Part shown: piece by piece, positions 41,679 through 58,651 of the stretch
How the letters are laid out: each line of letters opens with the position of its first letter
Position numbering within the stretch: the stretch's first letter is position 1
Assembly: GCA_964016885.1 (NCBI GenBank)
Contig: OZ024743.1
Location: 323,888,001-323,952,000, forward strand
Origin: Eledone cirrhosa
Taxonomy: Eukaryota
Direction of reading: 5' to 3'
Length of the DNA: 64,000 nucleotides
The notes under the pieces: model-generated
Told to the model about the DNA's origin: nothing
The model's database searches: none
Seen by the model: only the letters and a program-made list of their open reading frames with translations
Position numbers and translations under genes: made by a program

Positions 41679-41697
41679 TATATATATATATATATAA

Positions 41698-41794
<97 letters not shown>

Positions 41795-41888
41795 AATATA
41801 TACATTTATAAATATATAAATATATACATATATAACTATATACATATATAAATATATATATAAATATATATAAATATATACATATATA

Positions 41889-41920
<32 letters not shown>

Positions 41921-42009
41921 AATATATATATATAAATATATATATATAAATATATATATAAATATATATATAAATATATATATAAATATATATATAAATA
42001 TATATATAA

Positions 42010-42048
<39 letters not shown>

Positions 42049-42618
42049 AACACATATAAATATATACATATATATAAATATACACATATATATATAAATA
42101 TATACATATATATATAAATATATACATATATAAATATATACATATATATAAATATATACATAAATATATACATATACATAAATATATACATATATATAAA
42201 TATATACATATATATAAATATATACATATATATAAATACATATATATAATAAATATACATATATATACATATATACATATATATACATATATATAAATAT
42301 ATACATATATATATAAATATATACATATATATATAAATATATACATATATATATAAATATATATTGTTATATTTGGGGAGGGTCATATTTGCGTAATATT
42401 GCCAGAATAAATATATACATATATAACTAATTCATCGCCGCTATAAATATATACATATATATATAAATATATACATATATATACATATAAATATATACAT
42501 ATAAATATATACATATATATATAAATATATACATATATATATATATAAATATATACATATAAATATATACATATAAATACATACATATATATACATATAA
42601 ATATACACATATATATAA

Positions 42619-42651
<33 letters not shown>

Positions 42652-43040
42652 AATACATATATATATATATATATATAAATACATATATATATATAAATAT
42701 ATATATATAAATAAATATATACATATATATAAATATAAATATATACATATATAAAAATATATACATATATAAAAATATATACATATATAAAAATATATAC
42801 ATATATATATAAATATATACATATATATATAAATATATACATATATAAAAATATATACATATATAAAAATATATACATATATATAAATATATACATATAT
42901 ATAAATATATACATATATATAAATATATACATATATATAAATATATACATATATATAAATATATACATATATATAAATATATACATATATATAAATATAT
43001 ACATATATATAAATATATATATATATATATAAATATATAC

Positions 43041-43071
<31 letters not shown>

Positions 43072-43112
43072 CATATATATAAATATATACATATATATAA
43101 ATATATACATAT

Positions 43113-43143
<31 letters not shown>

Positions 43144-43174
43144 TATAAATATATACATATATATAAATATATAC

Positions 43175-43223
<49 letters not shown>

Positions 43224-43292
43224 TATAAATATATACATATATATAAAGATATACATATATATAAATATATATAAATATATATATATATATAT

Positions 43293-43679
43293 AATTAAGT
43301 TAAAAAAATGTACATCTACATATGCATACTGAAATACTAGTGTGTATATGAATACACACACGTATACATATGTAGGTGTACCAAGTCTTTCACTGGTCGC
43401 TTTACAGTGAGCGGCCCAGCTATTCTGTATGTAAACACACAGACTAAAAACCGGTTTGTCTGTGTGTTTACATACAGAATAGCTGGGCCGCTCACTGTAA
43501 GCGACCAGTGAAAGACTTGGTACACCTACATATGTATACGTGTGTGTATTCATATACACACTAGTATTTCAGTATGCATATGTAGATGTACATTTTTAAC
43601 TTAATTGTTTAAGCGTCAGTCATACAAAAGTGAGTTACAAACGAAAAGAAATTTAATTTCGTTTCGTTATTTGTTTTTA
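43293..43679 (+). mobile_element. Fold-back element, family G (~152-bp arms plus ~73-nt tail)
   Basis: Near-perfect palindrome centred on CCGG at 43451-43454; TA flanks. Confidence 0.8.
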
Positions 43680-44050
43680 TATATATATAAATATATATAT
43701 ATATATAAATATATATAAATATAAATATATATAAATATATAAAAAACCCCAGTTGATGGATGTGAATCCGAAATATATAGGGACTATTAAATCTCACCCA
43801 AGGTCACTCTCTCTTGTGTTGTTATTTTAATTTTAATTTTATCCTTTTACTCTTCCCTTCTTTCTTCTACACATTTACACATCTTTACACACACGCATCT
43901 CAACGTACACCCACTTACATCTCTCTCCACCACCGGATCTTGTTACCCGGAGATTTACCCATTTGCATTGTCGAGGCTTCCAAACGACATAAAGATATTT
44001 ATTTATTATTCGACAATGCTTCAAGCAAACTTCAATACTCTCATATAAAT

Positions 44051-44250
44051 NNNNNNNNNNNNNNNNNNNNNNNNNNNNNNNNNNNNNNNNNNNNNNNNNN
44101 NNNNNNNNNNNNNNNNNNNNNNNNNNNNNNNNNNNNNNNNNNNNNNNNNNNNNNNNNNNNNNNNNNNNNNNNNNNNNNNNNNNNNNNNNNNNNNNNNNNN
44201 NNNNNNNNNNNNNNNNNNNNNNNNNNNNNNNNNNNNNNNNNNNNNNNNNN
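44051..44250. other. Assembly gap (200 N)
   Basis: Run of N. Confidence 1.
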
Positions 44251-44545
44251 CGGCACAATTATTTCACCTCAATCGGCCCTGCTCTCTTCAACATCACACC
44301 AGGACACGTCAAAACAGAAACTGACCACACAAAATTCAAGAAGTCTTTGGACAAATTCCTCCAAGTAATCCCGGACAAACCACCCACACCCGGATATGTC
44401 TCCGCAAACAGTAATTCTCTTCTCGAATGGGCCATGGTGCCCAAATCCTGAATTGAAAGACTTCGCCAGGTGGTGCTATTAAGTTAGACATGGCCTGGGC
44501 CAATACTGGCCAAAACATTTCAAAGTTATTCAAAGTTATACAAAT
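44251..44545 (+). mobile_element. CR1/L2-group LINE 3' end
   Basis: Frame from 44251: [60 protein letters not shown]; tandem TTCAAAGTTA tail. Confidence 0.7.
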
Positions 44546-44647
44546 ATATATATATACATATATATACATATACATATATATACATATACATATATATACA
44601 TATACATATATATACATATACATATATATACATATATATACATATAC

Positions 44648-44684
<37 letters not shown>

Positions 44685-44707
44685 CATATATATACATATA
44701 CATATAC

Positions 44708-44758
<51 letters not shown>

Positions 44759-44765
44759 CATACAC

Positions 44766-44802
<37 letters not shown>

Positions 44803-44845
44803 CATATATATACATATACATATATATACATATATATACATATAC

Positions 44846-44938
<93 letters not shown>

Positions 44939-45272
44939 CATATATATACATATATATACATATACATACATATACATATATATACATATACATACATATA
45001 TATACATATATATATAATACATATATATACATATACATACATATACATATATATACATATACATACATATATATACATATATATATATACATATATATAC
45101 ATATATATATACATATATATACATATATATATACATATATATACATATATATATACATATACATACATATATATATATATACATATACATACATATATAT
45201 ATATATACATATATATACATATATATATACATATATATACATATATATATATATACATATACATACATATAC

Positions 45273-45347
<75 letters not shown>

Positions 45348-45370
45348 CATACATACATATATATACATAC

Positions 45371-45403
<33 letters not shown>

Positions 45404-45454
45404 CATATATATACATATATATACATATATATACATATATATACATATATATAC

Positions 45455-45613
<159 letters not shown>

Positions 45614-45630
45614 CATATATATATATACAC

Positions 45631-45677
<47 letters not shown>

Positions 45678-45809
45678 CATATATATATATACACATATAT
45701 ATATATACATATATATATATACACATATATATATATACATATATATATATACATATATATATATACATATATATATATACACATATATATATACATATAT
45801 ATAATATAC

Positions 45810-45842
<33 letters not shown>

Positions 45843-45933
45843 CATACATATATATATACATACATATATGTATATATATATATATATATACATATATATA
45901 TACATACATATATATACATATATATATATATAC

Positions 45934-45964
<31 letters not shown>

Positions 45965-46006
45965 CATACATACATATATACATACATATATGTATATATA
46001 TATATA

Positions 46007-46041
<35 letters not shown>

Positions 46042-46096
46042 GTATATATATATATATACATACATACATATATACATACATATATGTATATATATA

Positions 46097-46131
<35 letters not shown>

Positions 46132-46138
46132 GTATATA

Positions 46139-46173
<35 letters not shown>

Positions 46174-46180
46174 GTATATA

Positions 46181-46221
<41 letters not shown>

Positions 46222-46443
46222 ACATATATATATATATAACACATATATATATACATATATATATATACATATATACATATACATATATATATATACACAC
46301 ATATATATACATATATATATATACATGTATATATATGTATATATATACATGTATATATATATATGTATATATATGTATAAATATATATATATGTATATAT
46401 ATATATATGTATTTATATATATATGTATTTATATATATATATG

Positions 46444-46508
<65 letters not shown>

Positions 46509-46557
46509 GTATATATATTATATATGTATATATAATATATATGTATATATATATATG

Positions 46558-46590
<33 letters not shown>

Positions 46591-46643
46591 GTATATATAT
46601 ATGTATATATATATATATGTATAGTATATATATATATATTTAT

Positions 46644-46677
<34 letters not shown>

Positions 46678-46688
46678 ATATGTATATG

Positions 46689-46735
<47 letters not shown>

Positions 46736-46745
46736 GTATATGTAT

Positions 46746-46779
<34 letters not shown>

Positions 46780-46790
46780 GTATATATATG

Positions 46791-46821
<31 letters not shown>

Positions 46822-46823
<2 letters not shown>

Positions 46824-47350
46824 GTAAGTATGCATGTATACGTACATACATATATGTATACAGACGTACAGTAGCATGCACATATATATATATATATACA
46901 TATATACATACATATGCATACAGGTACACATACATATATGCACGTATCAGTTTAGCGGCGCTTATTATAACGTCGCTTTGTTCGTTTGTAAACAAACTGA
47001 ACAGCCTGAATTTATGCCATACGGTGTTAAGGCAACCACGTCACCTTTTTTTTCAACACTGACACAGGAACGATGTACTAGTTTCAAGCTTGTTAGCTAT
47101 CATCAGCACCGTTTACCCATCTGCCAGATAGTTGAACGTTCGAAAGTATATACTTTCCTTATGAAAATTAACGGCTGAGCAGCCTAATTTGCATATTGAG
47201 TGAGTTAAATCGGTCAGGCATACCGAAAACGATAAATTGAAACAAAATGAAAACGAAATTTCATTTCTCACTCTTAGTATGGCACTTACTTAAATGTAAG
47301 TATGCATGTATACGTACATACATATATGTATACAGACGTACAGTAGCATG

Positions 47351-47353
<3 letters not shown>
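46822..47353 (-). mobile_element. Retrozyme-like unit, family F (472-bp period) with a canonical minimal hammerhead
   Basis: ~60-bp perfect direct repeat at 46822 and 47294; hammerhead in between. Confidence 0.75.
47069..47113 (-). ncRNA. Type I minimal hammerhead ribozyme
   Basis: AACGGUG CUGAUGA U AGCU AACA AGCU U GAAAC UA GUA CAUCGUU; 7-bp stem I, palindromic stem III ACUAGU. Confidence 0.8.
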
Positions 47354-47392
<39 letters not shown>

Positions 47393-47471
47393 TACATATA
47401 CATACATATACATATATATACATATACATATATATACATATACATATACATATACATACATATACATATAC

Positions 47472-47527
<56 letters not shown>

Positions 47528-47658
47528 ATACATATACATATATATACATATACATATATATACATATATATATTATATATACATATACATATATATACAT
47601 ATACATATATATACATATACATATACATATATATACATATACATATATATATACATAC

Positions 47659-47690
<32 letters not shown>

Positions 47691-47769
47691 ATACATACAT
47701 ATACATATATATACATATACATACATACATACGTATATATATATATATACATATATATAATATACATAC

Positions 47770-47803
<34 letters not shown>

Positions 47804-48032
47804 TATACATATATATATACATACATATATATATATATATACATACATATATATATACATATACATATACATACATATAATATATATATATACATATACA
47901 TACATATATATATATATATATATACATATACATACATATATATATACATACATATATACATATATATATACATACATATATACATATATAGATATATACA
48001 TATATATATAATATATATACATACATATATAC

Positions 48033-48083
<51 letters not shown>

Positions 48084-48096
48084 CATACATATATAC

Positions 48097-48131
<35 letters not shown>

Positions 48132-48140
48132 CATACATAT

Positions 48141-48171
<31 letters not shown>

Positions 48172-48182
48172 TACATACATAT

Positions 48183-48217
<35 letters not shown>

Positions 48218-48230
48218 CATACATATATAC

Positions 48231-48265
<35 letters not shown>

Positions 48266-48278
48266 CATACATATATAC

Positions 48279-48311
<33 letters not shown>

Positions 48312-48359
48312 ATACATATACATATATATATATATACATATACATATATATACATATAC

Positions 48360-48394
<35 letters not shown>

Positions 48395-48497
48395 CATACA
48401 TATATACATATATATATATATACATATATATAATATAATACATACATATATACATATATAGTATATATATATACATATATATATATATATAATATAC

Positions 48498-48531
<34 letters not shown>

Positions 48532-48566
48532 ATATACATATACATATATATTATATATACATATAC

Positions 48567-48611
<45 letters not shown>

Positions 48612-48658
48612 CATATATATACATATATATATACATATATATATATACATATATATAC

Positions 48659-48781
<123 letters not shown>

Positions 48782-49100
48782 TATATATATATATAATATA
48801 CATATACATATATATACATATACATACATATATACGTATATATATATATATATATACATATACATACATATACATACATATATACGTATATTATAATATA
48901 CATATATATACATATACATACATATATACATATATATACATATACATACATATATATATATATATATTACATATATATTTACATACATATATATATACAT
49001 ACATATATATATACATACATATATATATAGTATATATATACATATACATACATATATATATACATACATATATACATATATATATACATACATATATATA

Positions 49101-49146
<46 letters not shown>

Positions 49147-49501
49147 CATACATACATATATATATATATACATATATATATAATATATATATACATACAT
49201 ACATACATATATATATATATACATATATATATACATATATACATATATATATACATATATATATATATACATATATACATACATATATATATATATACAT
49301 ATATATATACATATATATACATATATATATACATATTATACACATATATATACATATATATATACATATATATACATATATATATACATATATATATACA
49401 TATATATACACATATATATACATATATATATACATATATATACATATATATATATACATATATATACATATATATATACATATATATATACATATATATA
49501 C

Positions 49502-49566
<65 letters not shown>

Positions 49567-49645
49567 TAATATATATATACATATATATATACATATATAT
49601 ATACATATACATTATATATATATATATATATACATATATATATAC

Positions 49646-49682
<37 letters not shown>

Positions 49683-49689
49683 CATATAT

Positions 49690-49911
<222 letters not shown>

Positions 49912-49917
49912 ATATAC

Positions 49918-50206
<289 letters not shown>

Positions 50207-50222
50207 TATAATATTATATACA

Positions 50223-50379
<157 letters not shown>

Positions 50380-50383
50380 CATA

Positions 50384-50426
<43 letters not shown>

Positions 50427-50475
50427 TATATAATATAATATATATATATACTATATATATATCATATATATATAC

Positions 50476-50608
<133 letters not shown>

Positions 50609-50651
50609 GTATATATATACATATATATATATAATAATTATATATATATAC

Positions 50652-50721
<70 letters not shown>

Positions 50722-50724
50722 TCA

Positions 50725-50764
<40 letters not shown>

Positions 50765-50768
50765 CAGA

Positions 50769-50832
<64 letters not shown>

Positions 50833-50836
50833 GATA

Positions 50837-50876
<40 letters not shown>

Positions 50877-50902
50877 CATATATCATATATATAATATACA
50901 TA

Positions 50903-50964
<62 letters not shown>

Positions 50965-51018
50965 TATATATATATACATTATATATATATATATACAATA
51001 TATATATATATATATACA

Positions 51019-51295
<277 letters not shown>

Positions 51296-51296
51296 C

Positions 51297-51369
<73 letters not shown>

Positions 51370-51504
51370 CATATATATATACATATATATAATATATTAT
51401 ATATATATACATATATATATACATATATATACTATATATATAACATATATATATACATATATATATATATACATATATATATATACATATACATATATAT
51501 ATAC

Positions 51505-51535
<31 letters not shown>

Positions 51536-51560
51536 CATATATATACATATATATATATAC

Positions 51561-51657
<97 letters not shown>

Positions 51658-51686
51658 CATATATATATATATACATATATATATAC

Positions 51687-51753
<67 letters not shown>

Positions 51754-51843
51754 ATATTACATATACATATATATAATATATATACATATATATATATATA
51801 CATATATATACTATATTACATATATATATATATACATATATAC

Positions 51844-51894
<51 letters not shown>

Positions 51895-51992
51895 CATATA
51901 TACATATATATATACATATATACATATATACATATATACATATATATACATATATATATACATATATATACATATATATACATATATATACA

Positions 51993-52034
<42 letters not shown>

Positions 52035-52207
52035 CATATATATATACATATACATATACATATATACATATATATAACATATATATATATATACATATAT
52101 ACATATATACATATATACATATATACATATATATACATATATATATATATACATATATATATACATATATATATATATACATATATACATATATACATAT
52201 ATATACA

Positions 52208-52257
<50 letters not shown>

Positions 52258-52278
52258 CATATATATACATATACATAT

Positions 52279-52312
<34 letters not shown>

Positions 52313-52348
52313 ATATATACATATATACATATATATATACATATATAC

Positions 52349-52397
<49 letters not shown>

Positions 52398-52426
52398 CAC
52401 ATATATATATATATATACATATATAC

Positions 52427-52457
<31 letters not shown>

Positions 52458-52646
52458 CATATATACACATATATATATATATATACATATATACATATAT
52501 ATATACATATATATATACATATATATACACATATATATATACATATATATACACATATATATATACATATATATACACATATATATACACATATATATAT
52601 TCATATATATATACATATATATATACATATATATATACATATATAT

Positions 52647-52679
<33 letters not shown>

Positions 52680-53134
52680 CACATATATATATATATACAT
52701 ATACACATATATATATATATACATATATATATACATATACATATATATATACATATACATATATATATACATATATATATACATATACATATATATACAT
52801 ATATATATACATACATATATATATACATATATATATACATATATATATATACATATATATATACACATATATATATACATATATATACACATATATATAT
52901 ATACATATATATATACATATATATATATACATATATACATATACATATATACATATACATATATACATATACATATATACATATATATATATACATATAT
53001 ATATATATACATATATATATACATATATACATATATACATATATACATATATACATATACACATATACATATATACATATATATATATACATATATATAT
53101 ACATATATATACATATATATATATAAATATATAC

Positions 53135-53181
<47 letters not shown>

Positions 53182-53212
53182 AATATATACATATATATAT
53201 ATAAATATATAC

Positions 53213-53243
<31 letters not shown>

Positions 53244-53675
53244 CATATATATATACATATATATACATATATATATATACATATATATATATACATATAT
53301 ATACATATATATATATACATATATATACATATATATATATACATATATATATATACATATATATACATATATATATATACATATATATATATACATATAT
53401 ATATACATATATACATATATACATATATATATACATATATATATATATATACATACATATATATATACATATATATATATATACATATATATACATATAT
53501 ATATACATATATATATATACATATATATATACATATATATATATACATATATATATACATATATATATATACATATATATATATACATATATATACATAT
53601 ATATATATACATATATATATATACATATATATATATACATATATATATACATATATATATATATATACATATATC

Positions 53676-53767
<92 letters not shown>

Positions 53768-53768
<1 letters not shown>

Positions 53769-56130
53769 CGTTTCTGAATTTGTTTAGCAAGATTCTTTAT
53801 CTGAAATCGTGTGTTGAAACCGATATTGTTATACTTTGGGAGGGTCATGTTGCCAATAAGAAACACACGCACCAGTTGCTTTCACTTCAATTTAATTTAT
53901 TATATATTTATAAATTTACAAATTTATAAATTTCTGGTTGGTTGGTTGGTTCCACAACCAGATAGTTGTTTATATATATATAGTCATAGTTCTTTCGTCA
54001 CACACTCTGTGACCTCTTCAGTGACTGGGGATTTCTTTCTTCGTTTCTGTGCCTTTCCTTTCTTCTATCCTACGCCATTTTGTTTGTGTGTGGGTTGCGT
54101 GCTCAGTTTGCGCATGCGCCACATCCGGGTGTCTGTGTGTGTTTGTGTTCATTTTTCTATTTTTCTATTTATATTTGTTTGTTTATTTATTTATTTATTG
54201 TTGGTTGGTTGTTTGTTCTATGTGTGTGTGTGTTTTCATTTTGTCTTGTGTGTGTTTTAATTTTGTGTGTGTTTTCAATTGTAAGTTGTTTGTTCTATGT
54301 GTGTGTGTGTTTTCATTTTGTCCTTAATTGTAAGTTGTGATATTGCTGTTCCACTCATATTTTCTATTTAATTTTGGTTTTAATTCTTTTATGCTTACTG
54401 CCTCTGTAATTTGCCTAAACATTGCGTCTTTCTTGTGTGTGGATTCTATTTTTATTTCTATGCTCTCTAATTTACCCCTGTGTTCTATCTTAGCATGTTG
54501 GTAGAGCACAGATGATTCTTTACTATCTTGGAGGTCTCGCCAGTGTTCATTTATTCGTTCCCCTATACTACGAGCTGTCTCACCTATGTACACTATATTT
54601 TTGTTTCTACATTGTCCTTCAGTACATCTTATGCTATATACTACATTTCTAGTTTTACAGTTAATATGGGGGCTTATTTTACAGGTTATACATTTCTTAT
54701 CTATACATGAGGGTCTTTGGAACGGGTATGTCTTGCTAATAAGTGTTTTTACGGAGGTACCAGGTCTTTCTACTATCTTAATATTGAGATTATGTTTCTT
54801 TAGGGCCCTTCTAAATTTGTAGGCTAGTTCGCCTCTAGGGGTTGTATTGATGAACATTACACTCTGGTATTTATTGCTATCATACCATGAGTTTATTCTA
54901 TTGGCCTTGTTCTTAGTTCTTTCTATTCTATTCCAAAATTTGCTCCTATACAAGGGGCAGGTCCCATTTATGTCATTATTTACCATTTTTTCCCATTTGG
55001 TTCTGGCTCCTTTATACACTCTGATTCTATCTCTCTGATTGTAGCCAGAGAACTGCATACGGTGGATGAAGTGTTGTATGTGTCTCTCTAGTTCTTCGGG
55101 GTTGCACATGCGGGACACATTTCTCATCACCCGTACCAAATCCGCAATCAGTATGTTGATTTTGGTATGGTCTGAAATGGCCGAGTTTCGGTGGATCAGA
55201 TGTTTGGAAGTCATGGGTTTGGCATAATGGGAATGGAGGATTTGTTTTTGGTTGTTAATAGTATCTAACCAGAGCTCTGTGTCTAGTACAGGTAATCGAT
55301 GGTTGGGGTGTCTACTTGGGTAGTCTATAGTAACTCTAATGCTCTGGTGGATAGAGTTTGCTATTTGCTGGATGCTTTCCATTGTGTTTTTCTCTGGTTC
55401 CTGACTGTTCTTTAGTGGGGGTGTCTTAACTACGATGTTTATATCATCTACGTAGCGGGAGTACATTATCAGGGTTAAGCTGTCTTCTAATTGTTCATTA
55501 AGTTTTTGTTTAAGTCTACTGTCCCACCATACCATGAATAAGTTAGCTATGTCGCCTGCAATGCTAACACCAATGGCTGCTCCTTCCTCTTGGGCATATG
55601 TTTTACCATTAAATTTGAACATATGTTCCTTAAGGGTTAATTTTATGCTGGCCCCTACCACATGTGCAATCATTTTCTTCAGTTCATCGTGGTTTTCGGG
55701 TGTCCGTATGGCTCTGGTCCACCCGTTCCATCTATCTGTGTGGGTTTTCTTGGCCATTGAGGTAATGGTAGGTGGTCTGCCTCTTGCTGGTCTTGTAGGG
55801 CACAGGTTGCTAAGGTCGTAAGTGTCTAGGTAACTATTACTATGGGTAAGCTTAAGTAGAAGTCCCAGCTCACTGGTATCAATCCCACGGAACTCAACCT
55901 TGCTCTCGCCGATCATTTCGACGCATTTCTCCACAGCAAAATCCACGTCAATAGATGGATACAGGGACACAACATCCATACTGCCTATTATGCAGTTTGT
56001 TAGGTCCCCAGATCGGTTACCCGCGCCAATTCTGCTGAGGAGGTCCTCCGTGCTGTCACACACATCTGGGGACATCTCAATGATGGGGCGTATGATCAGG
56101 GAGAGGAAGTAGGACAGTCTGTAGTTAAGA
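53768..56130 (-). mobile_element. 5'-truncated Penelope-like element (family A) with 3' pLTR hammerhead at 53982-54026
   Basis: RT + GIY-YIG ORF followed by a 3' UTR with a hammerhead; ends in (TA)n. Confidence 0.9.
54324..56130 (-). CDS. PLE reverse transcriptase with C-terminal GIY-YIG endonuclease (N-terminally truncated, frame open)
   Basis: SMDVVSLYPSI, QEEGAAIG, RYVDD, LPVLD, CKTRNVVYSIRC, YIGET.R....R..EH, EAV.I....P.LN; frame extends upstream of 56075 (LNYRLSYFLSLIIRP). Confidence 0.9.
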
Positions 56131-56223
56131 ACGGGGTGGTGTGGATGGGGTGGGGTGGTGGTGGTGGGACGGGGTGTATTTTGTTAGAGATGCCTACTGG
56201 CTGGAGTAGGTTTTACTATATAT

Positions 56224-57943
56224 TTAGGTAAGGCGGGTCTTCTCTGTTACTGAGTACCGCCAAAGGTCTCGGTCCAGTGACATTGTCTTGGAGAGGTGTA
56301 AGTGTGTGAGGTCGGAGTTTATCAGCTCGTCCCAGGTTTTTCTAGGTCTGCCTATTCCATGGCTACTGTCTATCTTTATTGCCCTGCACTTTGTTATACA
56401 GCTATCAACTTTCATGCGCATCACGTGTCCATACCAACGTAGCCTTCTCTCGAGTAAACAGCATCTGATCCCTCTTATCTCTAATTTTTTTCTTAGTTCG
56501 TTTATGCTTTGCCGTTCACGTATATTACTGTTACACATCCAGCGGAGCATGCAAGCTTCGTTCCTCTCTAGTCTGCGTATATCCTCTGCACACAATGCCC
56601 ATGTCTCACTGCCATGCAACATTGCTGTTCGTATGCAGGCATCGTACAACCTGCCTTTCATTTTTAGGGAGAACCCTTTAGCAGCTAATAGTGGTATAAG
56701 CTCTCTGAACTTTTTCCAACCAGTTCTGACTCTAGCTACAGTACTTTCAGAGCACCCTCCCCCACTGCTGATTTTATCGCCCAGGTAACGGAAGCTGTCC
56801 ACTATTTCTATAGAACCCTCTGCGCAATTGAAAGAGCTAGTATTTTGTGGGCACTTGCTGCTACTTATTGTACCAGAACACCGGCCACATGTAAAATCTA
56901 TGTTTTTAGTTAGCTTACCTGTGATCCCACTACATCTTTTATGCACCCATACTTTGCATTTAGGACACAAAATGGAGTTTCTACCTACGCCTTTCCTACA
57001 CACCGAGCACGACCATTTCCCAGAAGGGACCGCCGCCTTGTTTTCTTTCCTACAAACTAGAACTTTGGTCTTAGCCAGGTTAATTTTAAGTCCTTTTGAC
57101 TCTAGGCCGTGCTTCCATGTTTGGAATTTCTTCTCTAGCTCGGCCATTGATTCCGCTATGAGTGTCAGGTCGTCTGCGTATAGGAGTTCCCATGGGCAGC
57201 CTGTCTTGAACTCCTCTGTTATAGCCTGAAGGGCAATAATAAATAGTAGGGGGCTGAGAACAGAGCCCTGATGGATGCCAACTTTTACGCTAAACTCTTC
57301 ACTATATTCGTTGTTAATTCTAACCTTGCTGACTGTTTCTTTATACATGGCTTGTATAGCCCTCACAAGCCATTCGTCAACGCCTAGTTTTCTAAGAGCC
57401 CACCAGATAATGGAGCGGGGAACTCTGTCGAAGGCTTTCTCCAAGTCGACAAAAGCCAAGTATAGGGGTTTACTTTTAGCTAGGTACTTCTCCTGTAGTT
57501 GTCGTACTATGAAAAGAGCGTCTGTGGTACTTTTGCCTGACACAAACCCGAACTGCATTTCATCTAGGTCAATTCTCTCTCTGATTAGTTGCGCTATTAC
57601 TTTTTCCGTGACCTTCATGACCTGGTCGATTAATTTAATGCCTCTATAGTTACTCCTATCTAGGGCGTCTCCTTTACCCTTATAACAGTTAACGATGATG
57701 CTGCTATGCCAGTCCTTCGGAACAACCCCATTCTGTACGACTTGGTTAACTATGCGGGTGACCATGGTGTGTCCCACCGTGCCAGATGCCTTCAGCATCT
57801 CAGCAACTATTTCCGAAGGCCCAGCCGCCTTACCCGTCTTCATATCCTTGATTGCCTTACTTATTATACTACCCTCGACTAACACTGCTGGTCCCTCTAT
57901 TGGGTCAATATGGGGGAGACTGTCTTTCTCCCATTTATTCTCC
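56224..57943 (-). CDS. RTE-clade LINE ORF2 (RT domain + PHD-like Cys/His insert), 5'-truncated
   Basis: KGKGD...NYRGI, QFGF, FVDLEKAFD, GIHQGSVLSP, YADD, RRLRWYGHV, GRPRKTW. Confidence 0.92.
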
Positions 57944-58396
57944 TAATGTATTTTGCAATACACTTTATGCTTAATTAAAAGCATTTTGAAGACCGTAAGC
58001 TATTGTTTAAAGTAGTGACAAATTCACTCACTTTGATCTCAGCAAACGGGAGATAAGCCGACAAGACTTGTTTTGCTTTGGTTGAAGCTTATCAAGGCCA
58101 ACTACCCCACCTGTCTACTGAGATCATTGATGTTATATTCTTATAGAAATCTAGTAAATAATCAGGAGCTGATTATGCAGAGCGGTTGTTGGTCAGGCAG
58201 AAATTAAAAATTAGAATTGGAGCTCTGAAATAGCAATATATATATGGATGTATATATAATGTATTTTGCAATACACTTTATGCTTAATTAAAAGCATTTT
58301 GAAGACCGTATGCTATTGTTTTAAAGTAGTGACAAATTCACTCACTTTGATTTCAGAGCTCCAATTCTAATTTTTAATTTCTGCCTGACCAACAAC
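57944..58396 (-). mobile_element. Family E tandem unit (313-bp period), hammerhead at 58056-58098, 47-bp inverted piece
   Basis: 94-bp direct repeat at 57944 and 58257; GCC UUGAUAA GCUU..AAGC AAAAC AAGUCUU GUC GGC (G12A); inverted repeat ~58185-58231 / 58350-58396. Confidence 0.7.
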
Positions 58397-58651
58397 TGTA
58401 AACTGTATTTCGACCAATCAGTGTGTAGTTTCACTGAATTACTACAGCTGATTGGTTTAAGCGTCACGGCTGGTTGAGCATGCTAACGACCAATAGTCAT
58501 ATCCAACGTATCAATTGTTTTGCTTTTTGAAATGATGAAAATAGCATTTTCTATTAATCAACACCATCAACATCACTTTTATTATTATTGTTGTTGTTGT
58601 TGTTAGTGGTCGTGGTCATAGTGGTAGTAGAAGTAATACCCCTAGGCGTTA

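Noticed and set aside
58400-58475. Hairpin ACCAATCAG..CTGATTGGT followed by GAAA in the Neptune 3' UTR as another hammerhead
   Set aside because: No acceptable CUGANGA or UUGANAA core upstream
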